Source: Alphaproteobacteria bacterium
GTDB lineage: Bacteria > Pseudomonadota > Alphaproteobacteria > MPNO01
Assembly (NCBI GenBank): GCA_965248835.1
Contig: CBDFLJ010000002.1
Location: 1,920,001 to 1,984,000 of the forward strand
Direction: 5' to 3'
Length of the DNA: 64,000 nt
Positions 42,758 through 52,051 of this stretch are shown here, piece after piece. The notes under the pieces were generated by a model. It saw only the letters and a program-made list of their open reading frames with translations. It searched no databases and was not told the DNA's origin. The translations under genes and the position numbers were made by a program. Each line of letters begins with the position of its first letter. Position 1 is the stretch's first letter.

Positions 42758-43591
42758 ATGCCGATGCCCATCACCGTGAAGCCGCTTTCCGAAACGATCG
42801 GTGCCGAGATCGGCGGCATCGACCTGTCACGGCCGGCCGACGAGGCGGCACGCCGGGCGATTCACCGCGCCTTCCTGGACCATCTGGTGATCCTGTTCCG
42901 TGATCAGGACCTGTCGGAGACCGACCAGGAGGGTTTCTGTCATCTCTTCGGCGAGCTCGAGCTGGTCAAGTCCTCCCGGTCCAAGAACAAGGACCAGCCG
43001 CACATCATGTTCGTCTCCAACGTCCGCAACGAGGGGTTCCAGACGACGCTGGAAGACGGCGAAATGTGGTTCCATTCCGACCAGTGCTATTACGAAGCGC
43101 CGGTGATGGCCACGACCCTGTATGCCATCGAAGTGCCGCCGGTGGGCGGCAACACGCTGTTCGCCAGCGCCTATGCCGCCTACGACGCCCTGCCGGAGGC
43201 GCTCAGGGCGCCGCTCGAGGGCAAGCGCGCGCTCAACGTCTACGACATCGCGTACAACGCCTTGGCCAAGATCCGCGAGTCGCGGCCCGAGGCGCCCAAA
43301 TGGGCTCATCCGGTCTTCCGCACCCATCCCGAGACCGGGCGCAGGGCGCTCTACGTCAACCGCCTGATGACCGATTACATCGAGGGCATGGACCGGGCCG
43401 AAAGCGATGCCCTGCTCGAAGCGGTCTACAACCACATGGAGAACCCCGCCTTCACCTACGAGCATGTCTGGCGGGCGGGCGACCTGCTGCTGTGGGACAA
43501 CCGCTGCGCGCTGCATGCGCGGACCGACTTCGATCCCGGCCACCGCCGCATCCTGCGCCGCATGACGGTCAAGGGCGACGTGCCGTTCTGA
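42758..43591 (+). CDS. TauD/TfdA-family Fe(II)/2-oxoglutarate dioxygenase
   Basis: IGAEI.GIDL, WFHSD (HxD), GGNTLFAS, HPV.RTHPETGR, WDNR..LHAR, RR.TV. Confidence 0.93.
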   Translation: MPMPITVKPLSETIGAEIGGIDLSRPADEAARRAIHRAFLDHLVILFRDQDLSETDQEGFCHLFGELELVKSSRSKNKDQPHIMFVSNVRNEGFQTTLEDGEMWFHSDQCYYEAPVMATTLYAIEVPPVGGNTLFASAYAAYDALPEALRAPLEGKRALNVYDIAYNALAKIRESRPEAPKWAHPVFRTHPETGRRALYVNRLMTDYIEGMDRAESDALLEAVYNHMENPAFTYEHVWRAGDLLLWDNRCALHARTDFDPGHRRILRRMTVKGDVPF

Positions 43592-43713
43592 AAGCCATCG
43601 TCGGTTGGCGATTCTCCCGCCGGCCGATAGTCTGACGCTTTAGCGGACAATTCAGCGATTGGGGGCCGGACCGGCGGGGCCGGTGCGCGGCCGCGTGCGA
43701 GGAAACGGAGCGG

Positions 43714-44586
43714 ATGGACGAACTCAGACTGATGAATGCGGCCGGGACCTGCAAGACGATGGAGGACGTCGAGCGCTTCGGCGGCGTGCCGATCACCGAG
43801 CTGACCCTGGGCTCGGTGACGCCGCTGCGGCGCGAAGGCAACGAAGGCACGACGTTCTGGATCGACGACCGCACGGGCGCCTCGCTGAACGCGCTGGGGC
43901 TGCCCAACCCGGGGCTCGAATACTACCGCGCGCACCTGCCTCGGATGGCCGAGACCGTCCACCAAGCGGGCAAGGCGCTGCGTGTCAGCCTCGCCGGGTT
44001 CTCGCTGGAAGACTACCGGACGCTTGCCGAGGGCGTTGCGCCCTTCGAGATCGATACGATCGAGATCAATTTGAGCTGCCCCAATGTCTGGGACGGCGCC
44101 GACCAGAAGCCGATTTTTGCGCTTGACCCGATGCTGGTCGACGAGGTGTGCCGGATCGTGGCAAGCGTGACACCGAGGCGCACAGGCCTTGCCGTCAAGC
44201 TCGCGCCGTGCGATCCGCTTCTCCTGAAGCGCCTCGCCGAGACCGTTGCCCGGGCGCCGCGCATCGGCGAGGTCGTGGCCGTCAACACCATCCCCAACGC
44301 CTTCGTCTTCGATGACACCGGGCGGGCCGCAATCGGCGGCAATGGCCTTGCCGGCCTTGGCGGCCGCGCGCTCAAGCCGGTGGCGCTGGGCCACGTCCAC
44401 CAGCTCCGCGCCCTGCTGCCCGACCGAATCGCGATCACCGGCGTCGGCGGCATCTTCGAGGGCCGCGATGTGACCGACTACACGAGGGCCGGCGCCACCG
44501 CCGTTCAGGTCGGCACCGCGTGCTACGCCTACGGCGCGGGCGTCTTCCAGGACATCATCGCCGAGTTCCTCGACCTGGCGGCATAG
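43714..44586 (+). CDS. Soluble dihydroorotate dehydrogenase-like FMN enzyme (atypical)
   Basis: MNAAG, REGN, NALGLPNPG, EINLSCPN, VKLAP, VNTI, GLGG..LKP, GVGGI, VQVGT. Confidence 0.82.
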   Translation: MDELRLMNAAGTCKTMEDVERFGGVPITELTLGSVTPLRREGNEGTTFWIDDRTGASLNALGLPNPGLEYYRAHLPRMAETVHQAGKALRVSLAGFSLEDYRTLAEGVAPFEIDTIEINLSCPNVWDGADQKPIFALDPMLVDEVCRIVASVTPRRTGLAVKLAPCDPLLLKRLAETVARAPRIGEVVAVNTIPNAFVFDDTGRAAIGGNGLAGLGGRALKPVALGHVHQLRALLPDRIAITGVGGIFEGRDVTDYTRAGATAVQVGTACYAYGAGVFQDIIAEFLDLAA

Positions 44587-44597
44587 GAAAACCCGCC

Positions 44598-45326
44598 TCA
44601 GCGCGAGGACATGATGACCGACAGGAGGTTGCCGGCGTAGTCGGCGGCGTTGCCGGTTTCCATCAGCCGGGCGCGGGAGAGGTATTGCTTGCAGGTCGCC
44701 AGCGACTCGCGGCTGCGTTCGGCGAGCGCGACAAGCAGGGCCTCCGTCTCGGCGGCGAGCGCGCCGGGCGCGGCGACGTGGCTGACGAAGCCCAGGCTGC
44801 GGGCGGTCTCGGCGTCGACCTCACCGGTCGAATAGACCAGCCATGCGATCGCTTTGGGCATGGTCCGGTCGATATGGGCGCACATGGCAAGCGTCGGCGG
44901 CAGGTCGTGCAGCATCTCGGGCAGGCTGAAACGCGCATTGGGGGCGGCGATCGTGATGTCGCAGACGGCCGAGGCCGCGCAGCCGAAACCGCGGGCCTGG
45001 CCCTGAACCGAAGCGACGACCGGCACTTCGGCGCCGCGGACCGCGGCGTAGTAGCCGAGGATCGGCGCGGTGAGCTGGGCACGCATCTGGAGGGCGGTCT
45101 TGGGCGCGGCTTCCGGCGCGCCGGCCGGATCGCGGCCACGGCAGAAGTCATCGCCCGCGGCCGAGATCGCGATCGCCTTGACGGCAGGGTCGCGCCCGGC
45201 ATCGGTGATGCTCGCGGTCAGCTCGGCAACCATGCCGACCGTCAGCATGTTGCCGGCATCGGCACGGTCGAGCCGGATGCGCTCGATCGCGCCGTCTCGC
45301 TGCCGCACGATGGTCTGCTCGCTCAT
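44598..45326 (-). CDS. Enoyl-CoA hydratase/isomerase (crotonase) family protein
   Basis: DFCRG.D, PVVASVQG.A.GFG, CDI.IA...ARFSLPE; ATGA overlap with the CoA-transferase stop. Confidence 0.88.
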   Translation of the reverse strand: MSEQTIVRQRDGAIERIRLDRADAGNMLTVGMVAELTASITDAGRDPAVKAIAISAAGDDFCRGRDPAGAPEAAPKTALQMRAQLTAPILGYYAAVRGAEVPVVASVQGQARGFGCAASAVCDITIAAPNARFSLPEMLHDLPPTLAMCAHIDRTMPKAIAWLVYSTGEVDAETARSLGFVSHVAAPGALAAETEALLVALAERSRESLATCKQYLSRARLMETGNAADYAGNLLSVIMSSR

Positions 45327-46543
45327 GGCGTCTTCTCCCCAGGTCCACCGACGATTCCGGCCTCGATCGCCGCGTCGATCTCGGCACCCGCCATGCCGAG
45401 CACGCTTTCCAGCACAGCGCGGGTATCCGCGCCCAGCGCCGGCGGGTAGGTGTGCTCGGCCGGTCCGGCGCCGGAAAGAACGATCGGGTTGCCTGCAACC
45501 CGGATCGTCGCGCCGTCCTTGGCGGCGAGCTCGAGCACCATGCCGCGGTGGACGACCTGCGGGTCCGACAGCGCGGCTTCGAGCGTGTTCACCCGGCCGA
45601 CCGGGATGCCGGCTTCGAGCAGCAGGGGGACCCAGGCGCCCGCCTCCCTGGCCTGGAACGCCGCCTCGAGGACCGGCCACAGCTCGAACCGGTTGGCATA
45701 GCGGTCGTCGTTGGTCAGAAACCGCGGATCTTCGATCAATTCGTCGAGATCGAGCACCCTGCAAAGCGCCTGCCACATGCGTTCGGTATTGGCGGTGATC
45801 ACCAGCTCGGTGTCGTTGCGGGCATCAAAGGACCGGTAGGTCGGGATCGAGGCGTGGCCCCGGCCCTGCCGGCCGGGCTCGACGCCCGAGTGCAGGAAAT
45901 AGGCCGCCTGGTAGCACAGCATCGCGACCTGGCAGTCGAGCATCGCGATATCGACCATCCGGCCGCGCCCGGTGCGGCGGCGCTCTTCAAGCGCGGCCAG
46001 CACCCCGATCACTCCGTACATGCCGGCGCACAGGTCGCCGATCGGGATGCCGGCGCGGACCGCGGGCTCGCCCGGCTGCCCGGTCATGCTCATCCCGCCC
46101 GACAGCGCCTGAACGATCATGTCGTAGGCCGGCCGGTCGCGGTCGGGTCCGTCCTGGCCGAACCCGCTGATCGAGCACCAGATCAGCCCGGGCGTCTGCG
46201 CGGCCAGCGCGGCCCCATCGAGCCCCAGCCGCGCCAGAACGCCAGGGCGAAAATTCTCCATCACGATGTCGGAAGCCGCCGCCAGCCGCTTGACCAGCGC
46301 CAGCCCTTCGGCGGACTTCATGTCCGCAACGATGCTCTTCTTGTTGCGGTTGATGCTGAGATAGTAGGCGCTGTCCTGGCCGACGAAGTGCGGCGGCAGC
46401 GTGCGCGACCAGTCGCCCGAGGGCGCTTCGAGCTTGAGCACCTCGGCGCCGAGATCGCCCAGGATCTGGGTCGCGAAAGGTCCTGCCAGAAACTGGGTCA
46501 GGTCGAGGACCCGGAGGCCCGCAAGCGGGCCCGCCCCGCTCAT
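45323..46543 (-). CDS. CaiB/BaiF family III CoA-transferase
   Basis: GLRVLDLTQFLAGPF, LGDLGAEV.K.E, NRNKKS, ENFRPG, ISGFGQ.GP, AYD. Confidence 0.94.
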   Translation of the reverse strand: MSGAGPLAGLRVLDLTQFLAGPFATQILGDLGAEVLKLEAPSGDWSRTLPPHFVGQDSAYYLSINRNKKSIVADMKSAEGLALVKRLAAASDIVMENFRPGVLARLGLDGAALAAQTPGLIWCSISGFGQDGPDRDRPAYDMIVQALSGGMSMTGQPGEPAVRAGIPIGDLCAGMYGVIGVLAALEERRRTGRGRMVDIAMLDCQVAMLCYQAAYFLHSGVEPGRQGRGHASIPTYRSFDARNDTELVITANTERMWQALCRVLDLDELIEDPRFLTNDDRYANRFELWPVLEAAFQAREAGAWVPLLLEAGIPVGRVNTLEAALSDPQVVHRGMVLELAAKDGATIRVAGNPIVLSGAGPAEHTYPPALGADTRAVLESVLGMAGAEIDAAIEAGIVGGPGEKTP

Positions 46544-48879
46544 GCTGCGCGCGCCCTCGCCGCCTCGATCAACGCAACCAGGCGGCCCGGCATGATCGGC
46601 ACCTCGTCGATCCTGACGCCGAGCGGGGAAAGCGCATCCTCGATCGCGGCCACGATCGCAGCCAGCGCCGGGATCGTCCCGCCCTCGCCGGCGCCCTTGA
46701 CGCCGAGCGGGTTGTTGGGCGTCGGCGACTCGATATGGGCCACGTCGACGCGGGGAATCTCGGCGGCGCTCGGCAGCAGGTAGTCGGCGAACGTCGTCGT
46801 AATCGGCTGGGCATCGGCGTCATAACCCATCCATTCGTACAGCGCGTTGCCGATGCCGTGGGCGCACGCGCCCTGGATCTGGCCGTCGACGATGAACGGG
46901 TTGATCAGCCGTCCCGAATCGTGAGCCATGGCATAGTTCAGGATCTCGACGTTGCCGGTCTCGGCATCGACCTCGACCTCGACCACCGCGGTCCCGTTGC
47001 AATAGGCCGATTGCGGCGGCGAGAAGTACTGGGTGGATTCGAGTCCGGGCTCGACGCCGCCGGGCAGCGAGAAGCCGGGCATTCCCTGGACCGCGCGGGC
47101 GACCTCGCGCAGAGTGATGGTCATTTCGGGCACGCCCTTGACGAAGATCCGGCCGTCTTCGATGTCGAGGTCTTCCTCGGCCGCCTCCAGGAGATGGGAG
47201 GCGACCTTGAGCGCCTTCTCGCGCACGGCGGTCGCGGCCAGGTGGACCGAGTTGCCGGCATTGACGGCAATCCGGCTGGCAAACGTCCCGACGCCGTTGG
47301 CGATCTTGCCGGTATCGCCGACCTCGACGGTGATCTGATCGGGTGCGACGCCGAGCGGCCCGGCACAGAGCTGGGCGAGCGTGGTCCAATGGCCCTGCCC
47401 GGAATCCCCGCCGCCGGTATAGACGGTGATCTGCCCGTTGGAATGGATCCGCACCGTCGCCCCTTCGAACGGGCCAAGACCGGTGCCTTCGACATAGTTG
47501 GCGATGCCGATGCCGACATGACGGCCGGCCGTGCGCGCTTCTGCCTGCCGGGCGGCGAAGCCGTCATAGCCGGCCTTGGCCAGTGCCTCCTCCTGGCAGC
47601 GCGGGTAGTCGCCGCTGTCATAGGTCATCGGCTTGCCGTCGCGGAAGATCAGCCCGAGACTGTAGGGCATCTCCGCTGCGGGGATGAAATTCCGCCGGCG
47701 GATCTCGGCCCGGTCGATGCCGATGCCGTCGGCCGCGCGGTCCATCAGCCTCTCCATGGCGAAGACTGCCTGCGGCCGGCCGGCGCCGCGCACCGGGGTG
47801 ACCGCGACCTTGTTGGTCAGCGCCACCTGCGTGGTCAGCTCGTAGGCCGGCACCACATAGGGGCCGGGTACGGTTGTGGCGGAGATGTAGGGGCTGATGA
47901 TCCCCCACGGCATGTAGGCGCCGGTGTCATGGATCATCTCGCCGCGCAGGCCGAGGATCCTGCCCTCGCCGTCGCAGGCGATCTCCATCTCCCAGTACTG
48001 GTCGCGCTCCTGGTTGGTGGCAACGAAGTTTTCGCGCCGGTCCTCGATCCACTTGATCGGCCGGCCGTAGGCCCGCGCGCAGAACGGGATCAGGGCCTCC
48101 TCGACATAGTAGATCGTCTTGGGCCCGAACCCGCCGCCGACCTCGGGCGCGATCACCCGCAGCCGGTCATTGGGCCAGTCGAGCATGTCGACGACATTCA
48201 TCTTGACCAGGAAGGGCGATTGCGTCGCCGACCACAGCGTGACGATCTCGCGCAAGTCGTCGTATTCGGCGACGACCGCGCGGTTCTCGATCGCATGCCC
48301 GCCGCCGCGGTGGCTGTGGGCGGAGACCTTGAAGCGGTGGCGGGCGGATGCGAACGCGCTGTCGACATCGCCGTAGCCGAGCTTGAATCTGGCGCCCTCG
48401 TTGCCCTCGGCGCCGAGATGGCAGGCGGGTGCACCGGCCGCCAGCGCGTCGCGGCAGTCCGAGGCCGCCCCCAACACCTCGTAGTCGACGGCGATGGCAT
48501 CGGCCGCGTCTTCGGCTTGGTAGCGGTTCTCGGCGAGCACCATCGCGATCGGCTCGCCGACGAAGCAGACCTCCTCGTCTTCAAGGAGCCGCTGCTGGAA
48601 CGGCTGGGTGATCGACGGGTTGGGGACCTGGAAGGGTACCCGAACCGTCCGCAGCGCGCCCGGCAGGTCGGCGCTGGTGACGATTTTGAAGACGCCGGGC
48701 ATCGCCGCAGCAGCTTCCGTGTCGATGCCGCGGATCCGCGCATGCGCGTGGGGGCTGCGCACGAACGCGGCCTGGAGCAGATGCGGCAGGTGGATGTCGT
48801 CGGTGTACCGGCCGCGCCCGGTGAGCAGCACCGGGTCCTCCAGCCGTTTGACTCGGGCGCCCATCATGCGTGCGCTCAT
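46540..48879 (-). CDS. Xanthine dehydrogenase-family molybdopterin large subunit (CoxL/CutL-like)
   Basis: RLED..LLTGRG, RSPHAHARI, VGGGFGPK, PVRGAGRP active-site loop, GQGH.T, INP..VDGQIQG, KGAGEGG. Confidence 0.93.
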   Translation of the reverse strand: MSARMMGARVKRLEDPVLLTGRGRYTDDIHLPHLLQAAFVRSPHAHARIRGIDTEAAAAMPGVFKIVTSADLPGALRTVRVPFQVPNPSITQPFQQRLLEDEEVCFVGEPIAMVLAENRYQAEDAADAIAVDYEVLGAASDCRDALAAGAPACHLGAEGNEGARFKLGYGDVDSAFASARHRFKVSAHSHRGGGHAIENRAVVAEYDDLREIVTLWSATQSPFLVKMNVVDMLDWPNDRLRVIAPEVGGGFGPKTIYYVEEALIPFCARAYGRPIKWIEDRRENFVATNQERDQYWEMEIACDGEGRILGLRGEMIHDTGAYMPWGIISPYISATTVPGPYVVPAYELTTQVALTNKVAVTPVRGAGRPQAVFAMERLMDRAADGIGIDRAEIRRRNFIPAAEMPYSLGLIFRDGKPMTYDSGDYPRCQEEALAKAGYDGFAARQAEARTAGRHVGIGIANYVEGTGLGPFEGATVRIHSNGQITVYTGGGDSGQGHWTTLAQLCAGPLGVAPDQITVEVGDTGKIANGVGTFASRIAVNAGNSVHLAATAVREKALKVASHLLEAAEEDLDIEDGRIFVKGVPEMTITLREVARAVQGMPGFSLPGGVEPGLESTQYFSPPQSAYCNGTAVVEVEVDAETGNVEILNYAMAHDSGRLINPFIVDGQIQGACAHGIGNALYEWMGYDADAQPITTTFADYLLPSAAEIPRVDVAHIESPTPNNPLGVKGAGEGGTIPALAAIVAAIEDALSPLGVRIDEVPIMPGRLVALIEAARARAA

Positions 48880-48950
48880 GGCCGAGACCCCGGGCGCGGC
48901 AAGGCGGCCGGCGGTCTATCGGATGCGGCGAACAGTCCCGGCATCCGGTG

Positions 48951-49448
48951 CTAGGCCCCGGCTCCCGCTTCGCCGCGCAGCCGGCCCGCGGCGTCGAGCG
49001 CCGCATCGACGATCCCCTGATAGCCGGTGCAACGGCACAGGTTGCCGGAAATCGCGATCCTGACCTCCTGCTCGGTGGGATCGGGGTTGTCGCGCAGGAA
49101 CTCCAGGAGCGTCGTCAGCATGCCGGGGGTGCAGAAGCCGCACTGCAGGCCGTGATTGTCCATGAAGGCCTGTTGCAGCGGGTGGAGCTCCTCCTCGTTG
49201 GGGGCGATGCCCTCGATGGTCAGGATCTCGTGACCGTCGGCCTGGACGGCGAGCATCAGACAGGACCGCGCGCTGATCTCGTCGAGCAGGATCGTGCAGG
49301 CGCCGCACACGCCGTGCTCGCAGCCGACATGGGTGCCGGTAAGCTCGACCTCGTGGCGGATGAAGTCGGACAGCAGGAGCCGGGTCTCGACCTCCCGTTC
49401 GTAGGTCTGACCGTTGATCGTTACGCTGATCTTCCTGGTGTCAGCCAT
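48951..49448 (-). CDS. Molybdo-hydroxylase 2Fe-2S small subunit (CoxS-like)
   Basis: [31 protein letters not shown]. Confidence 0.94.
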   Translation of the reverse strand: MADTRKISVTINGQTYEREVETRLLLSDFIRHEVELTGTHVGCEHGVCGACTILLDEISARSCLMLAVQADGHEILTIEGIAPNEEELHPLQQAFMDNHGLQCGFCTPGMLTTLLEFLRDNPDPTEQEVRIAISGNLCRCTGYQGIVDAALDAAGRLRGEAGAGA

Positions 49449-50313
49449 CGGACCCTCCCAGACGCGTTTGCGCCTTTTCCAGCGCACGCCGGGACAAGAC
49501 GGCGGCCAGATGTTGGCGATAGGACGACGGCGCATGGATGTCCTCCAACGCATCGAACGCGCGGCACGTCTCCGCCGCCTCGGTGAACAGCTCGAGCGTG
49601 GGCTTCTGGCCCCGGATCATCGCCTCGGCCTCGGTGCAGCGCACCGGCGACGGCCCGACGCCGCTGACGATCAGCGAAACCCGCTCGACCGTGCCGGCGG
49701 CCGATGTCGTCAACAGGGCTGCGGCCGAGACGATGGCGAAATCGCCGTGGCGGCGGGAGAATTCGATGAAGGCATAGCCGTGGCCGTCCTGCCACAGCGG
49801 GAAGGTCACGCCGGTGACCAGCTCATCGAGCTCGATCGCAGGCGTCATGTAGCCTGCCGGGAAATCGGCCATCGCGATGTCGCGCGTGCCGGCCTTGTTG
49901 CTGACATGGACCGTCGCATCGAGCGCCATCGCGACCGCCGGCAGCTCGGCCGAGGGGTCGAGATGGGACATGCTGCCGCCCAGCGTGCCGCGGTTGCGGG
50001 TCTGGCGGTGGCCGACCTGCATGATCGCCTCGTGCATGATCGGGCAGCGCGCGGCGACAATCTCCGAGAACTCGATGTCGCGCTGGCGCGTCATGCCGCC
50101 GATCTTCAACGTCCCGTTGGGTGCCTCGATCCCGGACAGGCCCTCGACCCGGTTCAAGTCGATGATGTGGTCGGGCAGCACGTAGCGCATGTTGAGCATC
50201 GGCATCAGCGACTGCCCGCCGGCCAGGACCTTGGCGTTCTCCAGATCGCCCAGCAGTCCCAGCACATCCGGCACGGTTCGCGGGTCGTGGTAGGTGAAGA
50301 GCGGTGGTTTCAT
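49441..50313 (-). CDS. Molybdo-hydroxylase FAD medium subunit (CoxM-like)
   Basis: MKPP.F.YH.P, LAGGQSLMP, RNRGTLGGS..H.DP, RRHGDFA. Confidence 0.93.
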   Translation of the reverse strand: MKPPLFTYHDPRTVPDVLGLLGDLENAKVLAGGQSLMPMLNMRYVLPDHIIDLNRVEGLSGIEAPNGTLKIGGMTRQRDIEFSEIVAARCPIMHEAIMQVGHRQTRNRGTLGGSMSHLDPSAELPAVAMALDATVHVSNKAGTRDIAMADFPAGYMTPAIELDELVTGVTFPLWQDGHGYAFIEFSRRHGDFAIVSAAALLTTSAAGTVERVSLIVSGVGPSPVRCTEAEAMIRGQKPTLELFTEAAETCRAFDALEDIHAPSSYRQHLAAVLSRRALEKAQTRLGGSDG

Positions 50314-50329
50314 CGCACTGCCTCGCGCC

Positions 50330-51469
50330 TCAGTTGGCGAAAATGTGGATCGAGCAGGCTCCGTGATCGAAGCCCGAGATTCCGCCGCCGGTGCAATGGG
50401 TGAGCCCGACGCGGGCGCCCTCGACCTGCCTGTCGCCGCACGCGCCACGGAGCTGGCGGACGATCTCGACGATCTGAGCGGCACCGGTGGCGCCCACCGG
50501 ATGGCCCTTCGACAACAGCCCGCCCGACGGGTTGACCGGGATACGCCCGCCGAGCGAAGTCTCGCCGTCCTCGAGCAGCCGGGCCGCATCGCCGCGCTCG
50601 CAGAACCCGAGCGCCTCGTAATAGAGCAATTCCGCGATGGTGAACGCGTCGTGGACTTCGGCGACGTCGATGTCGTCCGGGCCCAGGCCCGCCATCTCGT
50701 AGGCTTCCGCAGCACCGCGCACGGTGATCTCGGGCGTCGTCATGTCACGGTAGCCGGTCATGTACTTGCCCGACCCGAGCTCGGAAGCGAGCACGCGGAC
50801 CGGCTTGCCGGTGAAGCGACCGGCGACTTCATTTGCCGCGACGACCAGCGCCGCCGCGCCGTCGCCCGAGGGGCAGCAATGGAGCAGCGTGAACGGATCG
50901 GCGATGGGACGGGCCGCCATCACCTCCTCGACGCTCAGCCGGTTGCGGTATTGGGCATCGGCGTTGCGCGCGCCGTGCTCGTGCGCCTTGACCGCGACGC
51001 CGGCGAGCGTCTCGACCGTCAGCCCGTAGTCATGCATATACCGCTTGGCCCGCATGCCGTAGAGCGCCGGCATCACCATGCCGTGGGCGACCTCGAAATC
51101 CTCGCGTTCGAGCGGCAGCGTGCCGCCGCCGAACTTGGTGAGCTTCTCCACGCCGACGACCAGGGCGATGTCGTAAATCCCCGCCGCCACCGCAATCCAG
51201 GCCTCGCGGAAGGCCGAGGACGAGGACGAGCAGGCATTCTCGACGTTGACGATCGGAAGCCCGGTCAGCCCGACCGCCTTGAGCACGCGTTGGCCGGACA
51301 TCATCCCACCCAGCGCCGTACCGCAATAGGCCGCCCCGATATCGGCCTTGCCAACCCCCGCATCGACGATGGCGTCGCGAACGGCGGGCCAAGCGATCTC
51401 GGCCAGACTCTTGTCGGGATACTTGCCGAACCTCACCATGCCGGCGCCGATGACCGAGACGTCCCGCAT
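50330..51469 (-). CDS. Thiolase-family protein (SCP-x/SCP2-thiolase-like)
   Basis: VENACSSS (nucleophile Cys), DGAAA, EVHDAF, NPSGGLLSKGHPVGATG, HCTGG; TGATG coupling to the DUF35 gene. Confidence 0.92.
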   Translation of the reverse strand: MRDVSVIGAGMVRFGKYPDKSLAEIAWPAVRDAIVDAGVGKADIGAAYCGTALGGMMSGQRVLKAVGLTGLPIVNVENACSSSSSAFREAWIAVAAGIYDIALVVGVEKLTKFGGGTLPLEREDFEVAHGMVMPALYGMRAKRYMHDYGLTVETLAGVAVKAHEHGARNADAQYRNRLSVEEVMAARPIADPFTLLHCCPSGDGAAALVVAANEVAGRFTGKPVRVLASELGSGKYMTGYRDMTTPEITVRGAAEAYEMAGLGPDDIDVAEVHDAFTIAELLYYEALGFCERGDAARLLEDGETSLGGRIPVNPSGGLLSKGHPVGATGAAQIVEIVRQLRGACGDRQVEGARVGLTHCTGGGISGFDHGACSIHIFAN

Positions 51470-51900
51470 CAGCCGCCTTCCTGCCGCGCGGCCGGGGTGA
51501 AGGCGTAGCTGGCAAAGGCGGTCCCGTCGGCATCGACGCCGAGCTCGGCGGTGGTCAGCTCCACCGGCATGTCCATGTCCAGCGCCTCCGGCGCGGCGTC
51601 GACGACGTGAGCGAACACGCGCACGCCTTCCGGCAGGTCGACATAGCCGGCGACATAGGGCACCCGCCAGCCGCGCGGCGCGACATGGACGGTGGAAAAA
51701 CTGTACAGCGTGCCCCGGCGGCTCAGTGTCAGCGCCTCCAGGTCTTCGGACAGGCATTCCGGGCAGATCGGGACCGGCGGAAAGACCCGCGCGCTACAGG
51801 CGCGGCACTCCGTGCCGACCAGTCGCAGCACGCCGTCCGCGCCGGTTTCCACCGCCTCGCCCGCGATCAGCGGCACCGCTCCATGAGCCGGGTCCGACAC
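51469..51900 (-). CDS. DUF35 zinc-ribbon/OB-fold protein
   Basis: CRAC...FPP...CPEC, G.LYSFSTVH, PY..GYVDL.EG; AAGGAG RBS before GTG 51900. Confidence 0.9.
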   Translation of the reverse strand: MSDPAHGAVPLIAGEAVETGADGVLRLVGTECRACSARVFPPVPICPECLSEDLEALTLSRRGTLYSFSTVHVAPRGWRVPYVAGYVDLPEGVRVFAHVVDAAPEALDMDMPVELTTAELGVDADGTAFASYAFTPAARQEGG

Positions 51901-51920
51901 CCAAGATATCTCCTTGCGAC

Positions 51921-51939
51921 GATTGCTTATGAAGCAATC
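51921..51939. promoter_or_regulatory. Perfect palindromic operator upstream of the DUF35-thiolase-Mo-hydroxylase operon
   Basis: GATTGCTT-ATG-AAGCAATC (8-3-8 perfect inverted repeat), about 20 nt upstream of the start codon. Confidence 0.7.
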
Positions 51940-52051
51940 TATTCGGATCGCTGCGCGGAGCAAGCGCTAACCCGCCATACCGACTCGATCCGGATGGAAG
52001 ATGCGCTAGTCTCGCCGCCGGTCCGGTGCGCGATCACCTGGGGGGAACGCA

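Noticed and set aside
46540-50313. Calling coxMSL a true aerobic CO dehydrogenase
   Set aside because: The active-site loop is PVRGAGRP, not AYxCSFR; there are no coxDEFG genes; and the context is CoA-dependent catabolism.
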